Shown piece by piece: positions 1-11,066 of a stretch of 64,000 bases of DNA. The DNA lies in assembly GCA_014905635.1 (NCBI GenBank), contig CM026547.1:558001-622000 (forward strand). The letters run 5' to 3'. The translations under genes were made by a program, and so were the position numbers. This DNA comes from Scenedesmus sp. PABB004 (taxonomy: Eukaryota). Under the pieces are notes generated by a model that worked only from the letters and a program-made list of their open reading frames with translations, searched no databases and was not told the DNA's origin. Every line of letters begins with the position of its first letter. The stretch's first letter is position 1.

Positions 1-1822
1 TGGCCGCGTGCGGCGAGCCGGGGGTGGAGGCGGCACTCGTGGCGCCAGGTGGGCAGCGGGTGGCGGGGCTGGGGACCGCCGCCACGTCGGCGCGCGCGTG
101 CTGAGCCCGCCCGCGCGCCGGGCCGCCGCAGGCACCGTAGCGGGCATGGTCGACCTGGCCTGCAGCTGCGGCCCTCACGGCGGCGGCGCCCCGCGCGGCG
201 CGGCCGCCGCGCTGGTGCTGCTTGCCGAGCGCAGCGTCGAGTGCGCGGCGGCCGTGGCGGCGGCGCGCGGAGGCGCGTGGGCGCCGCGGCTGCTGGAGAG
301 CGGCAGCGCGCAGGTGCGCCTGCACGCGTCCCTGGCGCTCGCGGCGCTGGCGGTGGAGCGGCCCGAGCTGGTGCCGGGGCTCGTGGCGGGCGGCGCGGTG
401 GAGGGCCTGCTGCCGCTGCTGGGCGACGGCGAGCCCGCCTTGCAGGAGGGCGGCGCCGCCGCGCTGGCCAACATGGCAGCGGCGCACGCGGCCGCGCCCG
501 CCGCGATCGTCGCCCGTGGCGGCGCCGCGCAGCTCGCGGCGCTGCTGCGACGCGGCGCGGCGGCGACGCGCGGCGGCCCGCCCGACGCTGCGGCGCTCGA
601 GTGGGCGGCGTGCGCGGTCGCGCACGTTGCGCGGGGCGGCCAGCGCCTGCAGGCCGCGCTCTGTGCCGACGGCGTGCTGCTGCCCCTGATCGCGCTGCTG
701 GGCCCGGCGCACGGCAGCGGTGTGCGCGCGGCCGCCGCGCACGCGCTTGGAAACGCCTGCGCCGGCAGCGCCCGCGCGGAGCCGGCGGTGCTGCGCGCCG
801 GCGTGCCGGCGCTGCTTGCCCTGCTGGCGCCGGGCGCGGGCGTGGGGGCGCAGGCGGCGGCGGCGGCGGCGGCGGCGCTTGGCAACCTCGCGGCCGGCGA
901 CCCGGACGCGCGCGCGGCGGTCGCCGCCACCGGCGCCCCGGCGCGGCTCGCCGCGCTGCTGGCCGACGCCGCCGCGCCGCCCACGGTGCGGGAGGGCGCT
1001 GCGTACGCGCTCGGCCACCTGGCCAAGGGGCAGCCGGGCGTGCAGGACGCGGTGCTCGGCGCGCGCGGCGCGGTGGCGGGCCTGGTCGGCCTGCTCGCGC
1101 CGGGCGGCGCGCCCGAGACGCAGCAGTCGGCGGCCTGCGCGCTGGCCAACCTGTCGGCCGACGCGCCGCGCGTGCAGGCGGCTGTCGCGCGCGCGGGCGG
1201 CGTGGGCGCGCTGCTGGCCCTGCTGTCGCCGCCGGCCGCCGACGGCGCCGTCCGCCGCGGCGCGGCGGCGGCGCTGTGGGAGCTGGTGCGGCACTGCCCG
1301 CAGACCACGCACGCGCTGGCCGCGGCCGGGGGCACGCGGCACCTGCTGGAGCAGCTCGAGGCGGCTGGCGGCCGCACCGCGCACGAGGCGCGCGAGTGGG
1401 CCGCCCACGCGTGTGCGGCGGCGCCGTGCGATGCGGTCGGCAGCAGCAGTAGCAGCAGCGGCAGCGGCAGGAGGTGTTTCGCGGCACGGCAGGGCAGCTG
1501 GCAGCTGGCCCGCAGCACCTCGCTGCCGGGCGCCGACGACTTGGCAGACGCGCCCGCGCCTGCGCGCACGGCGTCAGGCAGCCGCGACCAGGGCCCGCCG
1601 AGCCTCCCCGGCCCCGCCGGGGGCTGCGGCGCTGTCGGCTGGCTGCCCAAGCGTGAGCGCAGCGACGGCGTGGCACCGCCGCCGTGTCAGCCGGCGGGCG
1701 CTGGCAGCGAGCTAGACCCTGCCAGCAACGGCTGCAGCCGCTGCGGGAGCAGCTGTAGCGACGCGGGCGGCGGAGTTCGCTGCAGCTGGAGCTCTAGCAG
1801 CGCGAGCCTGGCGGAGGCGTGA
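1..1822 (+). CDS. Armadillo (ARM) repeat protein, 5'-partial (Vac8/PUB-ARM-like)
   Basis: Repeated ARM motifs (GAVEGLLPLL..QEGGAAALANMA; GVLLPLIALL..AAAAHALGNA; GAVAGLVGLL..QQSAACALANLS; GGVGALLALL..AAAALWEL). An upstream exon 1-48 (AACGEPGVEAALVAP) splices via GT49..AG131 in frame with the long exon; stop TGA ends at 1822. Confidence 0.85.
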   Translation, partial: GRVRRAGGGGGTRGARWAAGGGAGDRRHVGARVLSPPARRAAAGTVAGMVDLACSCGPHGGGAPRGAAAALVLLAERSVECAAAVAAARGGAWAPRLLESGSAQVRLHASLALAALAVERPELVPGLVAGGAVEGLLPLLGDGEPALQEGGAAALANMAAAHAAAPAAIVARGGAAQLAALLRRGAAATRGGPPDAAALEWAACAVAHVARGGQRLQAALCADGVLLPLIALLGPAHGSGVRAAAAHALGNACAGSARAEPAVLRAGVPALLALLAPGAGVGAQAAAAAAAALGNLAAGDPDARAAVAATGAPARLAALLADAAAPPTVREGAAYALGHLAKGQPGVQDAVLGARGAVAGLVGLLAPGGAPETQQSAACALANLSADAPRVQAAVARAGGVGALLALLSPPAADGAVRRGAAAALWELVRHCPQTTHALAAAGGTRHLLEQLEAAGGRTAHEAREWAAHACAAAPCDAVGSSSSSSGSGRRCFAARQGSWQLARSTSLPGADDLADAPAPARTASGSRDQGPPSLPGPAGGCGAVGWLPKRERSDGVAPPPCQPAGAGSELDPASNGCSRCGSSCSDAGGGVRCSWSSSSASLAEA

Positions 1823-1864
1823 GCTGCGTGCCGGGGGGCGCCCGTGCTGCAAGTCGGCCGATCA

Positions 1865-2482
1865 GTCACAGTCTCACGCGCGCCGCACTTGCAGCGGCCC
1901 CGGGCGCTCGATCCCGCGTCCAATCCTCCACAGTGTACCAAGCCCAACAGAGCCCTTATCGCCGGCCCCCTCAGCCGCAGCAGCGTGCTCCGCTGCCGCT
2001 TGGGGGCTGTGTCGGGGGGCACACAAGCCGGGCCCGGGGCCGCGCGCGCGCACGAGGTGCGCAGCAGCGCAGCGCCGGCAGTCAACAGTGCGCGCCACAC
2101 AGGTTCGGCCGACCGCGCCCAGGAGAGGCGCGCCCCTCCCCACGCCGGGGAGGGAGGGGGTGCATCGTGCACCGTGCGTTGTTATTGGTGCTTACGTCCC
2201 AGCCCGGGTTTGTGTGCAGACCAGCCGTCACCCGAGCAACACCGGACAGTACAAAAAGTGAGGGGGTGGGGCGACACAGAGGGGCGAGGCTCGAGGAGCC
2301 TTGTGTGCTGCCCTCCTGTGCCAGCAGAGGGTGGTGGGAGTGCGCAGCTGTGCACACGGGGGGATGCCGCAACCTTAACCCTGACAGGGTCCATGCACGC
2401 GCCGCCGAGCCAGCGTGCGAACGTTGGCCCAGGCTGGGCGCCCGAGCGCGGCCGCCCAGGCGGGCGCGGTCGCTCGGCGGTG
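1865..2482 (+). repeat. Left copy of ~620-bp inverted repeat (partner 22103-22740)
   Basis: Reverse complement of 22103-22740 read directly, e.g. gcaacaccggacagtacaaaaagtgaggg vs ccctcactttttgtactgtccggtgttgc. The inner ~480 bp are nearly identical; the outer ~130 bp carry indels. ORF-track translations at 1819/22068 and 2082/22213 share long identical stretches. Confidence 0.95.
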
Positions 2483-2711
2483 ATGCCCTCTCGCCCTCCA
2501 CACCCACCCCGGTCCCGTGCGCGCAGCGCCTCGCATGCGCAAGCGGCGGCGCGGCGCAGTGCCGGCGCGGCCGCGCGCAGCGCCGCGCCGTGCCCGCGCG
2601 CGCCTCGCTGCGCGGCGCCGGCCGCGGCCAGCCTCGCCACGCAGGGCGCCGGCCCCGCCCGCTGGGCGGGACGCTGCCCGAGGCGCGCGTCAGCCCGCGC
2701 GCCACTCGGGC

Positions 2712-5700
2712 TCACAGCCCACGCACGCTGTCGACCGCCCTGAGCACAAAGCCCAGCGCGGACGCGTCCGCCGGGGCAGAGACGCCGTCAATCGGCGTCA
2801 CGCTGGGCTCGGCCCACTGCCACGTGGAATCGTCCGAGTTCCTCACAGCGGTGGCGAGGATCTGCTGCCCCACGACGATCACGTGCCACGGGTCCACGAG
2901 CTTCACGCCGTACATGTCCGGGTTGTTAGTCGAGCGCCCCCCGACGAAGGTGCCAAAGCCGGCGTCAGAGTACCAGGGGCCGCTGTCCGTGGTCTTCGTG
3001 AACAGCGCGCCGCCGAGGCCGACGGCAAAGCCAGCGCGCCAGTCGTACAGCGAGATGGAGCGCAACGTCAGGCCGCACGCATTGTTGGGATTGTAAGGTA
3101 GAGAATAGAACGCCCCGTCCTCAGCCCACGTACCGGTGAGGCCGTTGAAGCGCGCGATCCTGCACAGGTCGCCGACCGCCCAGACGTCGTTGTCGGACAG
3201 CGCCGCCACGCCGTACATGTCGCCGTAGCCGGGCAGGTCGAGGGCCTGCCATGCCGTGGCGCCGCCGCCCCGTGGGAGGCGGTAAACCTTGCCGCCGTTG
3301 CCGGCCGCCCAGTAATAGCCGGCCGACGCGTTGAGCCCGTTGACGGCGGTGCCCAGGCCGGTAAAGGCGGTGGTGCCGAGCGCCGAGCTGTTGGCCGCCG
3401 CGGTCGCGGTCGCCGTAACAGCCGCGGTATTGCCGGCGGCCAGCAGGCGGGCGGTCGCGCTCGCGCTGTCCCAGGCCGCCGCCACGTCGTTGAGCAGCAC
3501 GCTGGAGACCGTCACTGGCGAGCCCGCCGCGGCCCAGGTGGTGGTGCCACTGCTGTAGACATACGTGAACAGCAGCGAGTTGCTGCTGCCCGCCGGGGAC
3601 GCCGGCCCCACCACGTACGCCACGAGCGCGGCGCCCTCGCGCTGCAGCCGCACGCCAGTGAAGCCCGACACGGCGGTCTCGGAGATGATCTCCCGCCAGC
3701 CGGTGCCGTCAAACGCGAGGACAGCGCCGGCGCCGGCCTTGCTGCCCACCGCGAGCGCAAGCACCGGCTTGCACGCGGCGCCGGCGGGGGTCGGCTCGAG
3801 GCTGCGCCAGGCCGTGGCGCACCGGCAGGTGTAGGGCAGCGCGGCGGCCGCGGCGGCCGCCGACTGCAGCGGCACGTCCCTGCACGTGCTCGCGACCGTG
3901 CCGGACAGGGCGCCGCACTGGTTGCTGGAGTTGCAGCCGTCCACCGGGTCGGTGCAGTCGCTGTTGTTTACCGCGAAGGTGTTGCTGCTGGCGCAAGTTG
4001 CCGTGGAGCCGGTGCCGCTGAACGTGAGGCCCAGGTCGGTGCGGCACGGCGAGCGACAGGTGTAGCCAAACGCGACGCCGCCCGTGCAGTCGTAACCCTG
4101 GCTGAACGCGACGGGTGTGGGGAGGGGATAATACTCAGTGATGCCGCCACCGGCAACACCGCACTGCGTGCCAGTGAGGACCGCCTCGCAGGCGCTGCCG
4201 GTGAGTGGCGACCAGGTCAGGTCCGCCTGGCAGGTCGAGGCGAGCACCAGGCCAGCGGGCTGGTAGCCCTGCGCACAGGTCGCGGTGCACGCCGTGGTTG
4301 GGAGCGCGTTGTTGCACGCCGCCGGCCACACCGTGCCGACCGGCGGCCGCGCGGAGGGCAGGCCCGGGCAGGCGGGGGTGCAGCTGCCCGAGGCGGCGCC
4401 CCAGCTCGGGCCGCTGCACGTGGCAGAGTAGGAGCCTGCGCGACCGCGGCGGCGGCACACGGCGTGCGTCAGCAGCTGCGCGCCGCCGGGGGGTGGGTGC
4501 AGCGCCAGGCACGGCCCGGGCGCGCCCCCCGAGCGCGCACCTCTGAAGCCGGTGTTGCACTGCGCTGTGCAGACCGCGCCCGGCCCCAAGCCGGCGCACG
4601 AGGCAGGCCAGGCGACGTTTGCTGTGGCAGCCGGCAGGCCAGAGCAGGCGACTGCAGGAGGGGGCGCCGCGGTGGCAGGCGCAGGCGTCAGCCGGCGCGG
4701 CGGACTCCCAGGCCGTGCCTGCGGCGGGCCTGCAGCGCGCGCCCGCGCACACACCTGTCGGCGCGTAGCAGCCGCCCGTCACCTCCCAGCTCGTGCCGCG
4801 GCAGGTGGCCGTGTACTGGCCCAGCAGGCCTGCGGGGCACGCGCCGCGGCGGCTGAGCGGCCAGGGCGGCGCGCCGCCGGCCGCGCGCGGCAGCCGCGGC
4901 TCCCGCGCCCACCTCCGCCGCAGGGCGCGCTGCAGGTGTCGCCTGGGAGCTTCATGCTCGCGTCGCAGCCGGGGTCCCACCCGCTGGCGAGCGCCGGCAC
5001 GGGCGTGCTGCTGATAGGGTCGCAGAACGCCTTGGTGCAGGCCGCGGGCGTGGGCGCGGACCAGGTCCCGTTGATGCAGGTGGAGGTGAGGGTGCCGTTG
5101 AAGCCTGCGCGCGGTGGCGCGGCGGCGGGGCGCGCTGGAGGTGAGCGCGTCGCCGGCGGCGGCGGCGGGTGCGCGGCTGCCGGCGGCGCCGGCGTCGCTG
5201 CGCGCCGCACCGCGGCCGCAGGGCGCGGAGCAGTTCCAGCCAAACAGGAAGAGCGCCGACGCGTTGCGGCACGCGGGCTCCCAGCCCGTGGTGTTGGCGG
5301 GCGCGATCGCGGGGCTGGGCATGTCGCACGAGACTGCGCGGCGGCGGGCGCGGAGGCGGCCGCGTCAGCGCCCGCAGCGTGGGGGGCGGCGGCGCCCTGC
5401 GGCGCGGCGTAGAGGCAGGGGGGCAGCCGGGGGAGCGGCGCGCTCACCGGACGTGCAGGAGCCCTCCGGCGGCGTCCAGGAGGAGTTGATGCACTGGGAG
5501 CGGAAGCTGCCGACAAAGCCTGCGCGCGCGGCGGTCGGGGGTCGGCCAGGGAGCCACACCGCAGGCGCCGGCGGAGTTTGGTGCGCCACCGCGCCGGGCT
5601 GTGTCAGCCGCGCAGCGCGCGGCGCTCACCCCTGGCGCACGCCGCGCGGCAGGTGTCGCCCTCAATGCCATTGCGGCAGGCCCAGCCGAGGGTCACGTTG

Positions 5701-8700
5701 GCGCCGCCGGGCGGGCTGGGGGGCGGCCCCGTGCAGGTGACCGGCTTGCAGCCACCCGTCACGGCGCTCCAGGTGTTGTCCGAGAGGCACACCACGCTGT
5801 AGCTGCCGCCAAAGCCCAGCGCGCAGGGCGCGCGGCAGATCGTGCCGGGCGCCGCGCCCGAGCAGCTCTGGCTGAAGCCGGTGCTGTTGGCAGGGGCGTC
5901 CGGGACGCTGTAGCAGCCGTCTGCGGGCGGCGGCGCGGCGCGGCAGGGGCCGCCGCACGGTGAGCCACGCGGCCGGGCGCGCGGCGCCGCGCACGCCAGC
6001 ACAGGGCTGGCATGAAGGTGGCGCGGCGCTCACTCGGCTGGCAGGCGCCAAAGGGGTCGGACCAGCCGGCCGACGTGCACTGCGACGTGACCTTGCCCTG
6101 GAAGCCGGGCGCGCAGGCCGCCTCGCACTGGTAGCCAGACTCGTACAGCTGCGTGGCGTTGGTTGAGGCCCCGCAGACGGCGGACCAGCCGGCGGTGCCG
6201 TTGGGCGCGGCTGCCGTGACGCCGCCGGTGCAGCCGGCTGCGGGGCGCAGGCGCGGAGGGGCAGGCGTCAGGGCGCCGCCGCCAGCGGCCCAATGGCGGC
6301 GCCAGCGGGCGCTGCCCCAGCGCTCACTCGTGGAGCAGTTGCCGCGGAGCGGGCCCCAGGTGCCGTCGGCTGCGCAGGTCGAACGGTACGACCCAAAGTA
6401 GCCTGTGTGGACGGGGAGAGGAGGCCCCCAAGGTGAGGGGGCGGCGTGAGCTGTGCCGGCGGCCGCGTGCGCCGGCCACGCGCCGCGGCGGCGGCATGGC
6501 GGCCGCCAGCGCGGTCGCGGGCACGGCCGGCGCCCGCGCGCACGCACCGTCGCTGCAGGGCGCGATGCACTCGGTGCCGGCTGTGCTGCCGTTGCGGCAG
6601 GAGCTCTGCCAGCCGCCGCTGTTGGTCAGCTGGTCGGCCCGGCCGGGGTCGGTGGCGCACACCTCTGCGCGCGGCAGCGACGGCGGCGCATGAGACCGAC
6701 CGGCGGGGACGCCGCAACCGTCCGGAGCGCCGGCGGCTGGCCGCGCCCCCCTGCAGCGTGCCCCCCCCCTCCCCACTCACGCTGTGAGGTGCAGCTGCCG
6801 TTGCGCGCCGCCCAGCCGCTGGCGGTGCACTGCGCGGTGTAGCCGCCCGTGAAGCCCGGGCTGCACTTGGCGGTGCAGATGCTGTACTCTGTCCCGCGCC
6901 GGCAGGCGCGGTCCCAGCCCTCGCTGTTTGGCGGCGACGCGCCGCTCTCCGGCAGGCCCAGGCAAGTGGCTGCGCACACGCGGCGGCGCGGGGCGGGTGA
7001 GCGAGGCGGTCTGCCGCAGTACAGGGCCGCACGCGCAGGGCCGCAGAGCGCCCTGCCCTGCGCGAGCCCGCCGCCCACCGATAGAGCAGTTGCCCGTCAC
7101 GGGCGTCCACGCGCCGTCCTTGCAGGTGGTCGTATAGCCGCCGTCGTACGGCACCTGGCACGCTGCGGTGCACTGGAAGCCGGCGGGCAGCTCCAGCACC
7201 TGGCTGCCCTTGGAGCACGCCTCCCACCAGCCAACTGTCTTGTCAGGCGCAGGGAAGGCCACGCCGTTGTCGGGGGAGCACGACGCTGCGAGCGGCGGCC
7301 GGCACCGGCGGCGGCGGCGGCGTGAGCGTGCGCTCACTGCTGCGCGCGCAGCGCTGGCCGAGCGGCTGGGGCGTGTTGCGCGAGGCGGGCAGCCCGCTCA
7401 CTCTTGACGCAGGTGCTGCGCAGCGTGGGCGACCAGGCGCCGTCGACGCACAGCGCTTGCGCCACGCCGGAGTAGGTGAAACCTTCGCGGTTCACGCACG
7501 CGGCGGAGCAGGTCGCGTTATTCTGAGTGCCCTTGGCGCAGCTGGCGTCCCACGCCGGCGCGGCACTTGGCAGCAGGCTGTTGGGCGGGGCCTTGAGGCA
7601 GCCTGGGGGGCGGGCAGGCGGCGCGGTCGGCCGAGGGACGGGCGGTCGCGTGCGCTGCGCCGCGCGCTGCACAGAGCAGGGCGCCGCGCAGTCCGTGGGC
7701 AGTGCGCGGACCTTTCGTGCAGCCTGACGCTGCGAGCACGCGCCACTGCCCGCTGTCGCAGGCAGCGCGGTACGAGCCAACGAAGCGGTCCGTGCAGGCA
7801 ATCTCACAGAAGCTTGCGTGGTCGGCGCCGGCGCACGACGCCGGCCAGGGCCCCGCGGCATTGAGCAGGCCCAGGTAGTTTGGCGGCAGCCCGAGGCACT
7901 CGCAGCGGTCGATGAGCCGCACCTCGACCACGCCGTCGTCGCGCAGCGGTGTGACGACAAACTGGCTGTCGGCGGACGTCTGCGCCGGCGCGGCGGCGCT
8001 GCTGCGCGGCGCGCCCGCGAGCCGCAGCACGTTGTCGGTGGACATGGCTGCGCTTGAGGTGGGCGGCCGCACGCTGCCACCCATGGCCAGCTGCATTAGA
8101 AACGCGAAGAGATCGCTTGCTGCGGAGGAGGTGGGCGTCATGTTGTCGGTGGTGAAGCCAGCAAAGAAGCCCGCGCCCGCCGTCGACATCGCCGCAGGGA
8201 AGAGCGAGTCGGGGCTGGTGGAGCTGCGGGGCGGGCGGGCGCAGCGGCGGCGTGAGCGGCGCGAGGCGCAGCTGCGCGGCCCGCGCGGCCGCGCCTGCTG
8301 CGCGTCGGCCGGGCGCCCGCACCTGAGGCTGCCGAACACCACGACCTGGTCGCTGGGGGCGGGCGCGCGGCTGGCCTGCCACATGTCAATGAACCACTGC
8401 GGCGTGAGCGCCGCCTGGCCGGTGCTGCCGTCGACCGCCAGGCGGCCGGCGGTGGCGTGCGCGATCATGGCGGGGTCGGTCGCGTCAAAGGCAACACTGG
8501 AGCCGAGGAAGTCTGAGCCGTAGTTGTCGGTGAACAGGCCCACCAGGTTGAACGCCGACAGGCCGCTCCAGTCCGTCAGGTTCATGCCGCCGCCGGCCGT
8601 GCCAAGCACCTGGCAGCCGTCACGCGTGCACTTCTGCGTGACGTTGTAGCCGTTGGCAATGAGGATGGATGAGATCACCACGTGCAGCGGCGTCAGCACT

Positions 8701-10709
8701 GGCGAGAGCAGCATCACGTCGCCACGTGCAATCTTGCAAGGGCCAACGTTCGCTGTATCCTGCGGTGAGGCCCGGGACGAGGAGCCGCCCAGCAGGCCCG
8801 CCGCCTCTGCCGCCCTGCGCAGCTGCGCCTCGGACACGCCGCTGTCGGCGATGCTCGTGCGCTTGCCCGCCACAAAGCCCAGGCCCGCCGTGGTGGACCA
8901 GGCCACGTAGCTGCCCTTGTCCTCGACGCTGTCCACCTCGGGCTGCGCCTGCAGCACCGACGCCACCTGGGACACCGCTGTGGTGATGCTGCCGCCCTGG
9001 CCAAGCAGCGAGTCGATCTGCTCCTGCTGAGCCGCCGCGTCGCGCACGCCGGCGCGCGCCTCGGCGCGCGAGGGCGGCTGCACCACGCGCAGCGCGATGC
9101 GCAGTGTGTAGCTCGTGCCAGTGCCTGTCACGGTGGCGGCATAGTGCTGCACGCCGGCGGCGCCGAGCTTGGTGCGGACGACATTGGTGAACACGCCGTC
9201 GCCCTTGGCGACGTCCTTGTGGGCGGGCTTGCCGTCGTCGTACAGGTCGGCCAGGACGTCGAGCAGGCGGCCACTCGTGTCGGAGGCGTACAGCTTGACC
9301 TTGGCGCCGCGGCTTTGGCTCTTGGTCAGGTCCACGCTGAACACCAGCGTCTCACGCGCGCCCGCCGCCGCCTGGGGCGGGCTCAGCAGCAGCGTGCCCT
9401 GGCCGCTGCCTGCGGAAGGGGCGGACGCGCGGCAGGGGGAGGAGGGCAAGGGCCAGCGTCAGCGCGAGTGCGGAGGGCTGCGGCGCGGCGGCCGCCGCGC
9501 GCGTGCACCAGCAGCCGCAGCCACGGCGGCATGCAGGGCGGCCGCGGCGGCGCCCACCTTTCTCAGAGCACTGCAGTCCGGGCTGCAGCTGCCAGGCGCC
9601 GCTGACGCACTTGGCGGACACGGGCCCTGGCGGGCGGTTGCGGCGCGGCGAGCACGGCATGTAAGCCTGCAGCGGACAGGCGGCGGCTGCCACGCCGGCA
9701 TGGCGCCGGCGACGCCCGCGCCGCGCCCGCACGTGCCGTCGCACCTCCGGTGAAACCCGCGCTGCAGGCGGCATGGCAGCTGACGCCGCCTGCGCACTTG
9801 GCGGGCCAGGTGGCGCCGGTGACCGGCCGCGGTAGGTCGGTGCACTTCTCTGCGAGGCGCAGGAGCAACGGCGGCCGTTAGCGACGCGCGCGGCTGCGGC
9901 GCGTGCCCCACGCGCCCTCAGCTGCGCACAAACCCCCCGCAGCAAGTGTTCCGTCTGCGCCGGCGGCACGCGGTGGCGCGGCTGCCAGGTCGGGACGCAC
10001 CAACTGTTGGCACCGTGCACAGCGCCCGCGACGTGCCGCGCTTGCCCAGGGGCGTCGTGAAGCCGGGCGGGCAGGGCGCGCAGTCTTGCGCCGCGCCAGC
10101 GCCGGCGCTGTAGCTGCCGCGCGCGCAGGGCGAGCACACGCCGGCGCGCACAAACTTGAAGCCCGCGACGCACACTGCGGCGGCAGCGGCTCGTCAGCGC
10201 GCGCCATGCGCCCCCGGTGGCGGCAGCGCACGCGGCGGCGGGCGCGGCCCCGCGCCCCTCGCCGCGCCGCGCGCACCTGGGCAAGAGGTGGAGCCGGGCT
10301 TGGCGTTGGTGGTGCCTCCGGTGCAGCGCTTGCAGGCCTTGGCGGCGCCCGGGCGCTCCAGGAAGCGGCCGACGGGGCACTGCGTGCAGCTGCGGCCGCC
10401 GGCCGAGAGCGAGCGCCCGGCCTCGCAGCAGAGGCAGGCGCCGCCGCCGCCGCGTTTGCACGCGAGGCAGCCCTCCACGCGGCAGGTGGTGGAGTAGTCG
10501 GACGCCTTGCCCGGGAAGGTCACCCGGCAGCGCTTGGCGGCCTGATCCAGCTGCGCCTGCGTCGCGGGAGGCTGCGTCGCGTTGCCGCCGCCGCTGCCGC
10601 CGGCCTGCTGCGTCGCGTCCAGGCCGCCGTCGGCCGCGGCCGCCCGGCTGGCGGCGTCCAGGACCGTCAGAAGCACGACCAGCGCCGCGGCAGGGCGCCG
10701 CGGGCGCAT
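2712..10709 (-). CDS. Gene A: giant secreted multidomain protein (signal peptide; GCC2/GCC3 Cys repeats; DDG-GDG motif domain; alpha/beta domain; ~14 six-Cys sushi-like modules; EGF-like; C-terminal beta-propeller); multi-exon
   Basis: ATG at 10709 (MRPRRPAAALVVLLTVLDAASRAAA). CPVGRF..CKRCTGGTTN and CARGSYS..CAPCPPGFTT repeats; LYDDGKPAHKDVAKGDGVFT; repeated C..LP....WP..C.....C.A.C..GF.G.Y.A.C..G.W.....C; blades DMYGVAALSDNDVWAVGD, LRSISLYDWRAGFAVG, DMYGVKLVDPWHVIVVG. Stop at 2712. Consistent GT-AG splicing; paralog A' supports the exons. Confidence 0.85.
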
Positions 10710-11066
10710 GGCGCCGCGGGCGGGCGCTCCAGGCGCCTCCTTCTGTCTTGCTTTACCCTCGCGCTCGCGACCGGGCGCAGCCGAGCGCGGCGTACGTTCA
10801 ATGCACAGGGCTGAGTATGCGAGAGCCATGCCGCGTGCGTGCGGCACACGCGGGGCTCGCGCCTGCAAAATTGCCGCTTCCGCCGCGCTTCCTTTTCCAC
10901 CACCACCTTCCGACGCCGCCGCAGGCCCTGGCGTCGCTGCAGTTCGGCCGTAAGCACCGTGAAAGCGCCCCAACGTGACCCAGCGCGCGTGTATTCTCGC
11001 AGCTGTCGCTGGCCGCTCGACCTGCCCATGCTCCCCCGCGCCTGACCGGCCGCCACGCTCCGCGCC
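10710..11066. promoter_or_regulatory. Probable bidirectional promoter between A and B (357 bp ATG to ATG)
   Basis: Head-to-head start codons at 10709(-) and 11067(+); locally less GC-rich; same geometry at 37229-37586. Confidence 0.7.

Noticed and set aside
1855..1870. Target-site duplication flanking the IR-bounded unit
   Set aside because: Outer flanks (aagtcggccgatca vs cgaacgtaacac) show no convincing direct repeat.
1819..3096. ORFs running through the inverted repeat (also 22068-22976) as a possible transposase
   Set aside because: No DDE, HUH or RT motifs; frames are not preserved between the two copies.
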